In this document: positions 12,530-24,003 of the stretch, piece after piece
Position numbering within the stretch: the stretch's first letter is position 1
Layout of the letters: the number at the start of each line of letters is the position of its first letter
DNA from: Octopus vulgaris
Taxonomy: Eukaryota
Assembly: GCA_951406725.2 (NCBI GenBank)
Contig: OX597814.1
Coordinates: forward strand, 185,876,001-185,940,000
Length of the DNA: 64,000 nucleotides
Reading direction: 5' to 3'
The notes under the pieces: generated by a model
The model's database searches: none
What the model saw: only the letters and a program-made list of their open reading frames with translations
Told to the model about the DNA's origin: nothing
Program-made: the position numbers and the translations under genes

Positions 12530-13297
12530 CATTATTATTATTATTATTTCTTCTTCTCATAACTATGTCATAGTAGCAGGCTTATTAGTGTATGTATTTT
12601 GGTAGGAAAGTTCATTAAGTTCATTTGCCTTGAGGTGGTATAGAATCTTAAAATTCCAGACCTTGCCCTTTGCCTGAGAGTGGCGAAGGTCAAGGACGTG
12701 AAATGTTAAGATTCCACACTTCTCAGTGCAGTTTGAACTTGGCAAACTTTTCTGTGACCTTTCATACGGAATAATCATTACCAGTGTAAAAAAGAGTTAC
12801 TAGTTTCTTTGGATTCCAGAGTTTAGCACATATGCATGTTGTTGTTTTTATTGTTGTTGTAGTCTTTAACCCCAGGTCAGCCTTGATCAAGTTGACCTAA
12901 ATACGATCAAAGACATTCCACCAACCGAGGTGGCAGACTTACTGGATGAAATACTTAGTGGTATTTCTTCCAGAGCTTTATGCTCTGAGGTCAAATCCTG
13001 CAGAGGTCAACTTCGCCTTTCATCCTTTCAGGGTCTAGAAAATAGAGTTCCAGTCAAGTACAAAACCAATGTAATTAACTAATCCCCTTCTTCTAAAATT
13101 CCAAACCGTGTGCCAAAATTTGAAACAATTAAGGTGCAGGAGTGACTGTGTGGTAAGTAGCTTGCTTACCAACCACATGATCCTAGGTTCAGTCCCATTG
13201 CATGGCACTTTGGGTAAGTGTCTTCTACTATAGCTTCAGGCCAACCAAAGCCTTGTGAGTGGATTTGGTAGACAGAAACTGAAGGAAATCTGTCGTA

Positions 13298-13365
<68 letters not shown>

Positions 13366-13383
13366 TGTATGTATGTATGTATG

Positions 13384-13431
<48 letters not shown>

Positions 13432-13437
<6 letters not shown>

Positions 13438-13626
13438 TAAAGTTAATCCAAACAAGAAAGCGCAAAAAACACAACAACGCGAGGACGTGGAACAAATATA
13501 GTATTATTGGACGCTCAGGAAAGAAGGAAAGATGGAAAGAAGGAGGGTATAACGTTTCGAGCGGAGCTCTTCGTCGGAAACATAGGAGAAGGAAAGATCC
13601 AGAGAAGGGAAGACAGAGGGAAAAAA
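13432..13626 (-). mobile_element. Penelope-like pseudo-LTR fragment with a degenerate minimal hammerhead (13547-13582)
   Basis: Sense strand reads gtttCCGACGAagagc-tcc-gctcGAAACGTTatac. Homologous copy at 56681-56895; flanked by (TA)n. Confidence 0.7.
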
Positions 13627-13657
13627 TATATATATACATCTATATATACACATATAT

Positions 13658-14050
13658 AAATACAGTGTACATTTAAACACATAAGAGGTATCCACAGTAG
13701 GATTCCTTTCACACTAGAAGGAACAGCTAAAGTCCAAACCCACTATTAGGGATAGAAACTCAAAGGGAATGAAAAATAAAAACATTTACCATCTATCTCC
13801 TGGATCACGGTTTCAGACTTTTTTAGCAAATAAAATAATTCCCTTCAAGTTTTTATCACTAATAGTGGTTTGGACTTTAGCTGTTCCTTCAAGCATGAAA
13901 GGAATCCTATGACGGATACCTCTTGTATATTTTAAATGTACACTGTATTTAAATGAATAATATATAGTCTATTGACTAATTTTTCTACATGCTAGGCCAT
14001 AGGTAGTAAAAATTTCTAAAATCTTTATTAGCCTGATATTATTAATTATA
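13658..14050. mobile_element. Fold-back insert: ~110-bp inverted arms (13658-13770 / 13838-13950) plus ~95-bp unpaired tail
   Basis: AAATACAGTGTACATTTAAA...GAAGGAACAGCTAAAGTCCAAACC is mirrored by GGTTTGGACTTTAGCTGTTCCTTC...TTTAAATGTACACTGTATTT. Confidence 0.8.
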
Positions 14051-14302
14051 TATAAATATATGTATATGTTTGTGTGTCTGTGTTTCCCCCTCCCACCATC
14101 ACTTGACAACTGGTTCTGGTGTGTTTACATCCACGTAACTTATCAGTTTGGCAAAAAAAGAGACCAACAGAATAAGTACTAGGTTTACAAAGAATAAGTC
14201 CTGGGGTCGATTTGTTCAACTAAAGGTGGTGCTCCAGCATGGTCGCAGTCAAATGACTGAAACAAATAAAAGAATATAAAAAAATATCATGACTATAATG
14301 TT

Positions 14303-14700
14303 TTACTCTTTTACACTTTTACTTGTTTCAGTCATTTGACTGCGGCCATGATGGAGCACCGCCTTTAGTCCAGCAAATCGACCCCAGGACTTATTCTTTA
14401 GAAGCCTATTACTTATTCTATCGGTCTCTTTTGCTGAACTGCTAAGTTAGGGGAACGTAAACGCACCAGCATTGGTTGTCAAGTGATGTTTGGGGACAAA
14501 CACACACAAACACATACACACACATACATATATATACGACAGGCTTCTCTCAGTTTCCATCTACCAAATCCACTCACAAGGCTTTGGTCTGCCCAAGGCT
14601 ACAGTAGAATACACCTGCCCAAGGTGCCACGCAGTGGAACTGAACCTGGAACCATATGGTTGCTAAGCAAGCTACTTACCACACAGCCACTCCTGCGCCT
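14303..14700 (-). mobile_element. SINE A, full length
   Basis: TTTTACTCTTTTAC tail through CACACAGCCACTCCTGCGCC head. Confidence 0.9.
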
Positions 14701-15240
14701 GTTTAATCATTTTTTTAATTTCAGGATATGATTTGATAGAAATGTTACTGTTATTGCTGGTAGATCAAGCAGTTACATAAAGGGTACCTGATTGGTTAAT
14801 ATACAAAACTATGACATCTTTTTCATGCTTGCATGGGTTGGACAGAATTTGTTGACGTGGATTTTCTATGGCTAGATATCCTTCCTGTTGCCAACCCTCA
14901 CTTGTTTCCCAGTAAAATAATATTTCTCCATGGCCAGATATTTCTGGGAAATGAAGGGAAATGAAGGACACCGCTTGTATGACAGTGACACTTGATTACA
15001 ACTATTATGCAATGACAAGGAGATGAGGTAGTAACAAACACACACACAAAACACATACTTATACACATGTATAAATATATATATATATATACACATACAT
15101 GCACACATGCATACATGCACACATATATACATATATACATCCATACATACATACACACACATACATGCACATACATCTATTCATACATCTATAACTTTAT
15201 CTATCTATCTATCTATCTATCTACATAACATATATATATA

Positions 15241-15573
15241 TAGTTCTGTATTTAAGAGATGAGGAATTATTTACATTATTTACATTATTTACATTTGACA
15301 GATATTTTCCTCATCTTGCTTGTTGTTAACACGTTTCGGCTGATATACCCTCTAACCTTCATCAAGTGTCTTGGAGAAATTTCGAACCTGGGTTCTCATT
15401 CCTAAGGTAGTTTTCGACGTTGTTATTATTATTTTATAATATTATTATCATCATCATCATCATCATCATTATTATTATTATTATTATTATTCAGGTCACT
15501 GCCTGGAATCAAACTCAGAATCTAGGAGTCAGTAGCCCACACTCTTAACCACTACACCATATACCCGTGGGCA
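15241..15573 (-). mobile_element. tRNA-headed SINE family H with hammerhead-like core (15328-15370)
   Basis: Sense: TGGTGTAGTGGTTAAGAG...GAGTTTGATTCC-(AAT)n-...gacacTTGATGAaggttag...tcagccGAAACgtgtt...(AATGTAAAT)3...TTAAATACAGAACTA-(TA)n. Confidence 0.75.
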
Positions 15574-16111
15574 TATATATATTTCAAAATTGACTTTTTA
15601 CAGAATCCACTCACAAGGCTTTAGTCAACCTGGGGCTATATGCCCAGGGTTCCCTGCTGTGGGATGGAACCCTAAAACATGTGGTTGAGAAATACACATC
15701 TTACCACACATCCATGCTTTCACCTATGTATGCAGATAAATAAGGAGAGAAGATAATGTGAAGAAGCTGGGCAATTGGAGACAGAAGAGATGTAGCTTGG
15801 TGAAATTTGCCACTATGAAACAGGAGAATTCATTGAAAATCAATAAGTTAGATTGCCATGAGGTGAAAAATGTCTAATATTTTCTACTCTTGCCTTTCAA
15901 CAGATAATAGAGAGAAATGAAGAAAAGAAGTTGTTTCCTTGAGCTACAATATTAATCCTTTCATCTTCATCTGAATAAAAGAGAAATCATATCAAATGAA
16001 TTTGCCCTTCAGTTGCTGTTGTTTCTGCCCAGATCAGTTCTTGATTAAGATGAACTATGATTCTAAGATATTCTAGACGTGACCGTTTCATCTTTTATTT
16101 TATTCAGATAT

Positions 16112-16273
16112 AGGCGCAGGAGTGGCTGTGTGGTAAGTAGATTGCTTAGCAACCACATGGTTCTGGATTCAGTCCCACTGTGTAGCACCTTGTGCAAGTG
16201 TCATCTACTATAGTCTCGGACCGACCAAAGCCTTGTGAGTGGATTTGGTAGACGGAAACTGAAAGAAGCCCAT

Positions 16274-16312
<39 letters not shown>

Positions 16313-16525
16313 TTGTGTGTCTGTGTTTGTCCCCCCTCCCAACATCGCTTGACAACCAATGCTGGTGTGTTTACATCTCCGTAACTTAGCAGTTCAGCAA
16401 AAGAGACCGATAGAATAAGTACTAGGCTTACAAAGAATAAGTCCTGGGGTCGATTTGCTTGACTAAAGGCGGTGCTCCAGCATGACCCCAGTCAAATAAC
16501 TGAAACAAGTAAAAGAGTAAAGAGT
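16112..16525 (+). mobile_element. SINE A, full length
   Basis: GGCGCAGGAGTGGCTGTGTGGTAAG head; AAGTAAAAGAGTAAAGAGTAA tail. Confidence 0.9.
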
Positions 16526-16529
16526 AAAT

Positions 16530-16998
16530 AATTATTTCAAATTTGGCACAGGGCCAGCAGTTTTGGGGAGGGGATAAGTTGATTACATCGACCCCCAGTT
16601 TTCAACTGGTACTTATTTTATCAACCCTGAACGGATGTAAGGCAAAGTTGACCTTGGCAGAATTTGAACTCAGAACTTGAAGATGAACAAAATGCCACTA
16701 AGCATTTTGCTTACCATGCTAACAATTCTGCCAGCTCACCACTTTGCTAAATATCTAAATATTGATTTCGAATTTTGGGCACAGGGTCAACAATTTTAGG
16801 TGAGGGGTAAGCTGATTACATTGACCTCAGTATTAAACTGGTACTTATTTTGTCAATTCCAAATGGATGAAAGACAAAAATTGACGTCAGCGGAATTTGA
16901 ACTCAGAACATGAAGCTGGACAAAATTCTGCTGTATGCTAGCAATTCGTCCTGTATGCTAACAATTCTGCCAACCCACTGCCTTACTAAATATCTAAA
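16530..16998 (-). mobile_element. Two tandem SINE B copies
   Basis: Units at ~16535-16745 and ~16765-16985, each followed by CTAAATATCTAAA. Confidence 0.75.
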
Positions 16999-18047
16999 CA
17001 CTACAAGTATTTTATCAAGACACTCTAAAGTTCTGTCAATCCATGATTGTTTGATGATCCTTGATTGATTACAAAAGAGAAATGGATGTTGTGATGTTCA
17101 TGGCTTTACAAATAGAATAGAAAGCAAAAAGAAGTAAAAAAAACAAACTAGAAATTGAAAAGCAGGTCATGAACTTTTCTTAGTCTGAAGTTTTACTACT
17201 TATTTAACAAGACTCGCTATAAATGTACCATAAATGTGTCATAGAAAGAAACAGAGAAGAAAGGGAGTTGGGTGGGTTGGTCGGTTGATGAATGTTAATC
17301 AGGACAGTTCCTTAAATATCTTGTATTTTGGGAATCTTAGCAGTGAACTAGTAAAACAGTCATTAAACTAATGAGATGCCATGATATCCCTGTCACTGAT
17401 TAGGGAGTCACCTAGATAAAATAATACTACACTACCTCCACTTTAAATTAATCTTCACAACTGTCCATAATCTCCAGAACCCCACCCAATAAATAATTAA
17501 AACTAAAAAGGAAACACACACACACACACACATATATATACACACATATACACACTGGTTGTGTGTGGTCGTTATCATTATCACCTTTATCCTTTAATGT
17601 CCGTTTTCCAGTTGCATGAGTTAGATGGTTTGATAGGAGCTGGCAAGTCAGAGGAATACAACAAGGTCCACCGTCTCCTTTGGCATAGTGTTTACAGCTG
17701 GGTGCCCTTCCTAACACCAACCACGTAAGGGTTGGACAGTATGACCAGAGCTGGCAAGCCGGGAGGGCTGCACCAGACACCAGTTCGAATTGACATGGCT
17801 TCTATAGCTGGATGCCCTTCCTAACACCAACCAATTTACAGAGTGTGGTGGGTGCTTTTACAATCACCACATGGGCGCTTTCATGTGGCACCATATGGGT
17901 GGTTTTATATGGGGTCACATAGCTGCTTTTATATGGCATCACCATGAGTACTTTACTCAACCAGAAGGATTGGTCTTAACACTTCTGCTGCAGGATACAT
18001 ACATACATAAATGTGTGTGTGTGTGTGTGTTTTATGTGTAAAGATAC

Positions 18048-18116
18048 TATGTATAAATGGGCTGAAGAAAAGAACATGGAATTTAATGCAGGAAAATTTC
18101 AAGCCCTTTACTATCA
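18048..18116 (+). mobile_element. Tiny CR1/L2-group RT fragment
   Basis: YKWAEEKNMEFNAGKFQAL resembles W..NNM.FN..K in the LINE RT C-terminal region. Confidence 0.55.
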
Positions 18117-18250
18117 ACTAGCTTGTATCATTACATTTTAACACTTCTTTTTAAGTTAAGTGATAGTTACCATTCATTTATACGATATACTGATGTATGA
18201 CTACACCACCACCTATGAGAAAAGAAAATTTAATAAAAATATAGAAGGTC

Positions 18251-18278
18251 AGAAAAAATACCCCAATATATATATATC

Positions 18279-18325
<47 letters not shown>

Positions 18326-18760
18326 CATTAAGAGGAATGACCACTAAAGTGGACACCTAATGTGCTAAACATAGACATCAAATTGCCATTACCACGAAGA
18401 TTACGCTGACAATCTTGAAAATATCTCCGTGTTTGCATACGTAGATATTAACAAGTTAAACTATTGGTATGTAGGTAATTATTTTATTTTTTTTATTTTA
18501 TATATTTTCATTTGTCTTGCTCATTTTTACATTTTGGCATTTTGCTGAGATTTTTCTTGAGAACATATTCTTCGTGGTAATGGCGATTTGATATCTATGT
18601 TTAGCATATAGGGTGTCCACTTTAGTGGTCATTCCTCTAAATTTTGTATAGATGTATTGGGGTATTTTTTCTACAACTTTTAATCTTTGGATTTTTAAAT
18701 ATGCTAACCTACTGGTTTTAATTGATTAATATCAATTTCTACCCTTATTATTTAATTTAT
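18251..18760. mobile_element. Fold-back insert (arms ~18251-18400 / 18569-18672) with tail
   Basis: AGAGGAATGACCACTAAAGTGGACACC...CCATTACCACGAAGA is mirrored by TCTTCGTGGTAATGG...GGTGTCCACTTTAGTGGTCATTCCTCT. A (TA)n has expanded inside the left arm. Confidence 0.8.
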
Positions 18761-18774
18761 ATATGAGTAAAAGA

Positions 18775-18956
18775 GTATATATGGGAAAAAAATGTCAAGG
18801 TAGAAAACGCTAAAATAATTTTATAAAAAACATTTCAGAACTGGTACTGAAACCGGTACTGAAATGTTTTTTGTAAAATTACTTTAGCATTTTCTACCTT
18901 GACTTTTTTTCCATATATATATATCAACTCAACTCGTGTGTTCCTTTCCAACCTCC

Positions 18957-18960
<4 letters not shown>
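18775..18960. mobile_element. Fold-back insert (~65-bp arms) with GAAACCGGTA at the apex and a tail
   Basis: GTCAAGGTAGAAAACGCTAAAATAATTTTATAAAAAACATTTCAG pairs with CTGAAATGTTTTTTGTAAAATTACTTTAGCATTTTCTACCTTGAC. Confidence 0.8.
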
Positions 18961-19036
<76 letters not shown>

Positions 19037-19041
<5 letters not shown>

Positions 19042-19336
19042 GAAATGAGGTAATTGGAAGATCGGATGGTTCATATTTATAGATATTTATTTATATATTA
19101 CATATATATTTATTTATATATTACAGTGGGGTTTTCAAATCAAATTAAATTTAATTTGATTTGAAAACCCCACTGGAATGGGAGAAAGCGCTAATAATCC
19201 GAATGATATGATATATATATATATGTAAAAAATGTAATATATAAATAAATATCTATAAATATGAACCATCCGATCTTCTGATTACCTCATTTCTTCTAAT
19301 ATATAATACCTGTACCCTCATCTCCAAACCTTCCAA

Positions 19337-19337
<1 letters not shown>
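19037..19337. mobile_element. Nested fold-back insert with hammerhead-like core at 19158-19196 (+)
   Basis: Outer arms AGAAGAAATGAGGTAAT...GATCGGATGGTTCATATTTATAG and its complement at ~19235-19298; perfect inner palindrome 19123-19174; core TTGAAAAcccca-ctggaa-tgggaGAAAGCGCTA. Confidence 0.75.
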
Positions 19338-19374
<37 letters not shown>

Positions 19375-19510
19375 ATGTTTAATGCATACCTGTATGTTCC
19401 TGATGCATACCACCATGTGCATGCATCTTGCCACATGTGTGTTCATACTTGCACATTGCTAATGCATACAACCATGCACATGCACTTCAATCAGTCAATA
19501 AAAAGTTTAA

Positions 19511-19600
19511 TACAGTTCTATATTTATATAGCATATGGCATAGTGGTTAAGAGCACGGGCTACTAACCCCAAGATTCCGAGTTCGATTCCAGGCAGTGAA

Positions 19601-19671
<71 letters not shown>

Positions 19672-19844
19672 CAACAATAATAACAACAATAACAACACTG
19701 AAAAATACCTTAGGAATGAGAACCCAGGTTCGAAATTTCCCCAAGACACCTAATGAAGGCTGGAAGGTATATCAGCCAAAACATGTTAACAACAAACAAG
19801 ATGAGGACAAATATCCATCAAATGTAAATAATGTAAATAATTTA
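19511..19844 (+). mobile_element. tRNA-headed SINE family H with hammerhead-like core (19745-19787) and 14-bp TSD
   Basis: A box TGGCATAGTGG, B box GAGTTCGATTCC, then (AAT)n and gacacCTAATGAaggctgg...tcagccAAAACatgtt. AATAAAAAGTTTAA lies on both flanks (19497-19510 and 19845-19858). Confidence 0.8.
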
Positions 19845-20614
19845 AATAAAAAGTTTAAATCAGATACTGTGGCAGACATGCTCAACTGCCTCTACTAACC
19901 CCCAGAAGAAGGAAAAAGAAAAATCCTATAAATCTTTAGATTGGTATAGATACACAGCCACGTAGACTGAGTGGAAGAGCTTTGCTTCCGAACCACATAG
20001 TTCTGGGTTCAATCCCAACATGCGGTGCCTTGGGCAAGTGTCTCCTATAATTTTGGACCAATCATAGCTTTGTGAGTGGATTTAGTAGATGGAAACCGAA
20101 AGTAGTCCACCGTATGTGTGTGTGTGTGTGTCTGTGTTTGCCTTTCACCACCACTCAAAAACAGGTGTTAGTGTGTTTACATCCTCATAACTTAGTGATT
20201 CAGCAAAAGGAGACCAACAGAATAAGTAGCAGGCTTTAAAAAAAATAATAGTTACTGGGGTTGATTTGTTCAACTAAAATTCTTCAAGGTGGTGCCTCAG
20301 CATGGCCACATTCTATTGACTGACACAAGTAAAAGATAAAAGATACATTGATGTGAGTGTTAGATTAGTAATCACACGTGCTGGTGTGTTAGTAAACATA
20401 CATTAGTGTGTTAATAAGCATATAACTGCAGAAATGATAGTAGTGGTATTTTGTCTGTCTTTACATTCTGAGTTCAAATTCCGGCGAGGTCGACTTTGCC
20501 TTTCATCCTTTTAGGGTCGATAACTTAAGTACCAGTTGCATACTGGGGTTGATCTAATCAACTGGCCCCCTACCCCCAAATTTCAGGCCTTGTGCTTAGG
20601 GTAGAAAAGAATAA

Positions 20615-20973
20615 ACATCTCAGCGTGATCGTTGCCAGAGTAGCTATCTGGCCTCCATGCCGGTGGCACGTAAAAGGCACCATCCGAGCGTGATCGTTAC
20701 CAGCATCGCCGTACTGGCACCTGTGCCGGTGGCATGTGTAAAAGATTCGAGCGAGGTCATTGCCAGTACCGCCTGACTGGCCCCGTGCCAGTGGCATGTA
20801 AAAGCACTCATTACACTCTCGGAGTGGTTGGCGTTAGGAAGGGCATCCAGCTGTAGAAACTTTGCCAGATCAAGATTGAAGCCTGGTGCAACCATCTGGT
20901 TCGCCAGCCCTCAGTCATTCGTCCAACCCATGTTAGCATGGAAATCGGACGTTAAACGATGATGATGATGATG
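20615..20973 (+). mobile_element. RTE LINE 3' UTR
   Basis: GGCGTTAGGAAGGGCATCCAGC...GGACGTTAAAC(GAT)n. Confidence 0.85.
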
Positions 20974-21630
20974 ATATATTTGTATGTTGGTGTGTGTATA
21001 TGTTTCGCATGCTCATATGAAATGTATAAGTTTATTGGTAGTCTAATGCTTTATTCTTGTATTCTTAATTCTTTGAGTGATTAGTATGGAAGATGAAGAG
21101 CCATTAAATTGTAATTTCGTCTGTACCATTCCAAAATAAGTAAAAGACAGGACTTGAATGCCTGTACTCAGAAACACATGCATCACTGCACATGCACCAA
21201 TGCACACCCCCAACACATGTGATTTATTTAAAAAAAAAAAACAGATACCAACCAATAAAATAAGCAGATAAATAAATATATAAGTAAAAGTTTAACCAGT
21301 CGCTCCTTTCCCAGAATTTGCAAATTTTCTGATCCTGCCCTCATGAGCACAGATGTGTACTTGGATACTGGTGGGTTGCACCATGAATATAAACGGTAGA
21401 GTTTCCATCATCAGTTAGTTACATATATAGTTACATATATAAGTGTATGTGTGTGTGTGTGTGACTGTGTTGTAAGAATCTTGTTTCTCAACCACATGAT
21501 TCAGGGTTCAATCCCACTGTGCCGTACATTAGGCAATTGACTTCTACTAAAGCCTCGGGCCAACTAAAGTCTTGTGAGTGGATTTGGTAGACGGAAACTG
21601 AAAGAAGCTTGTCATATATATATGTATATG

Positions 21631-21670
<40 letters not shown>

Positions 21671-21674
<4 letters not shown>

Positions 21675-21891
21675 CAATTGAGGATTAAATCTTTAAAAGA
21701 AATTATCAGTAGTTAGCGTGAAAAACCTCGTAAGAGAAAAAAATCCGTAAATTTTTCCACTTTGAAAATATTTATTTATATTATATTGAGGGTACTACTA
21801 TTCGTGGATACCACATGCTAAAGAGGAACCAATTGGTCCCTCTTTAGCGTGTGGTATCTACGAATAGTAGTACCCTCAATATAATATAAAT
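21671..21891. mobile_element. Fold-back insert (~58-bp arms, 21774-21891) with left-hand tail, inside (TA)n
   Basis: TATTGAGGGTACTACTATTCGTGGATACCACATGCTAAAGAGG pairs with CCTCTTTAGCGTGTGGTATCTACGAATAGTAGTACCCTCAATA. The tail resembles the reverse complement of 44895-44968. Confidence 0.8.
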
Positions 21892-22066
21892 GTATATATA
21901 TATATATAAACATATATATATGTGTGTATATGTATATATACAAGCATATATATATGTGTATATATATATATATATACATATACTTTTACTCTCTCTTTTG
22001 ATGTACCCCAACATCAGGTAATGTTGGGGGACAAATATAAACACACAAACATATACACACACATAC

Positions 22067-22109
<43 letters not shown>

Positions 22110-22289
22110 CATACGACGGGCTTCTTTAAGTTTCTATCTACCAAATATGCTCACAAGGCTTTGGTCAGCCCAAGGCTATAGTAGAAAACATTTACCCAAG
22201 GTGCCATGCAGTGGGACTGAACCCAGAACCATGTGGTTGGTAAGCAAGCTACTTACTACACAGCCACTCCTGTGCCTGTATATTTACCA

Positions 22290-23086
22290 AAATTACATAA
22301 AAATATTTTGAAATACTAAAGTGTAAATTTATTCAATAGAATCGCCATTGGCTTCAACCACTGCCTCCAGATAACTTTAGAATTTCCTGCAACTCTTCTG
22401 GATGGTCTCCTTGTTTAAGTTGGTGAAAGCTGCCATAATCCTTGCTTTCAGTTCGTCTTTCATGTTACAAGGGGTTTTGTTGGTCTCTCATTCAACTGTG
22501 CCCTGCACATAACAATCAAGGAGGTTGCAGTCTGGGGAGTTAGGTGGCCAGATGTTAGGGGTGATGTGGTTGTAGAAATTTTTCTGACAGCCATGACTGG
22601 GTTCTCTTGCTTGTGTGGCTTGGTGCAGAGTCTGTTGCCAGACATAGGGTCTTCCAGCAGCCACCCTCTTGACCCAGGATAGCACTACCTCCTCCACGTA
22701 CTTGATGTAGGCCTCCTTGTTGAGTCTGAGGCTGTGTGGGAAAATGAACGGAGGCATAACGTTACCATCACTAGTGATCACTCCAAACACCATGATGTTG
22801 ACTGGCTGTTTGATTTTTATAACTTTCAGTACATGCATTGTCCTTAGATTGACACCCAAATACTCTGAAATGCTTGTATTGGAGCTTCTGGAGCAAATAC
22901 CAAGCAGCACAGCATGCTATTTCCAAATTTCTGGCAGACTGAATTGCATCATGGTGCTGATTTCCTCACAGACAGTGCCCAACTGACCCTACTATACTGT
23001 GTAGTTGACAAAATCAAAAGCAAACAATGCACATGTGTGAAATTAAAAATATAAATTGGTGACAATTAACCCATCACACCCTGTAT
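22290..23086 (-). mobile_element. Internally deleted, frameshifted Tc1/mariner (ITm DD37D/maT-like) transposon
   Basis: MVFGVITSDG...YVWQQ(DSAP.H)...IWPPNSPDCNLLD; terminus TACAGGGTGTGATGGG at ~23085. Confidence 0.8.
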
Positions 23087-23609
23087 ATATATATATTCAC
23101 ATGAATATATGTGTGTATGTGAATAATAATATACATACACAACACGTAACCCCATGTATACACACACACACACACACATTATATCACATTTTAGTTAGGT
23201 TTAACAACATCTGTATCCTGAATTCTATTTTGTCAGATGTATATTAATTTCAATCATATTGATAATAATGGCTTTTGTTTTTATTTTCCAAGTGATGTGA
23301 CATTTATAACTTTCCTGTCTCTCAAGACAGCAGTTTTCTCAACGTAAGTGAAATACTTGAATAGGGAACCCAAACAGGTTACAGTTTCAGTTTCCTGAGA
23401 ATATTCAGCTGCGTGATGAAGCCAGAAATAATAATAATAATTATAATAATTATGATGATCATGATGATTTCTTTTTAATAATGATAATAATGATATATAC
23501 AATCCTCTTAAGTAATAAAAATAGCCTGACTATGGAAAATGAAGACGGTGAAGATAGTGCCAATTACTGATGGTTCCTTGAGGACGGTATCAGAAGATAT
23601 CAAGAGGAA

Positions 23610-24003
23610 TATACACAGAGAAGACAAACAAGTACAGACAGACGGATTAAGTTGATTATATCGACCCCAGTGCGTAACTGGTATTTAATTTATTGACCCC
23701 GAAAGGATGAAAGGCAAAGTCGACCTCAGCAGAATTTGAACTCTGAACATAATGGCAGACGAAATATCTATTTCTTTACTACCCACAAGGGGCTAAACAC
23801 AGAGAGGACAAACAAGGACAAACAAACGGATTAAGTTGATTTATATTGACCCCACTACGCAACTGGTCCTTAATTTATTGACCCTGAAAGGACGAAAGGC
23901 AAAGTCAACTTCGGCGGAATTTGAACTCAGAATGTAATGGCAGACGAAATACTGCTAAGCATTTCACCCGACGCGCTAATGTTTCTGCCAGCTCGCTGCC
24001 TTT
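23610..24003 (-). mobile_element. SINE B partial tandem dimer
   Basis: Two units of GACCCC.GAAAGGA.GAAAGGCAAAGTC; head CCAGCTCGCTGCCTT. Confidence 0.8.

Larger units (their letters stand above)
13133..14275 (+). mobile_element. SINE A split by two inserts within its internal (TA)n
   Basis: Head GGTGCAGGAGTGACTGTGTGG at 13133; the body resumes at ~14065 and ends GAAACAAATAAAAGA. Confidence 0.85.

Noticed and set aside
13890-13925. SECIS-like reading of the AGCATG-plus-hairpin motifs in several fold-back arms
   Set aside because: There is no clear AUGA/GA quartet with an apical AA at the right spacing, and no associated UGA-containing ORF.
23311-23350. Micro-exon (CTCAAG|ACAGCAGTTTTCTCAAC|GTAAGT)
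   Set aside because: The acceptor is weak and ambiguous, and such matches are expected by chance in 64 kb.
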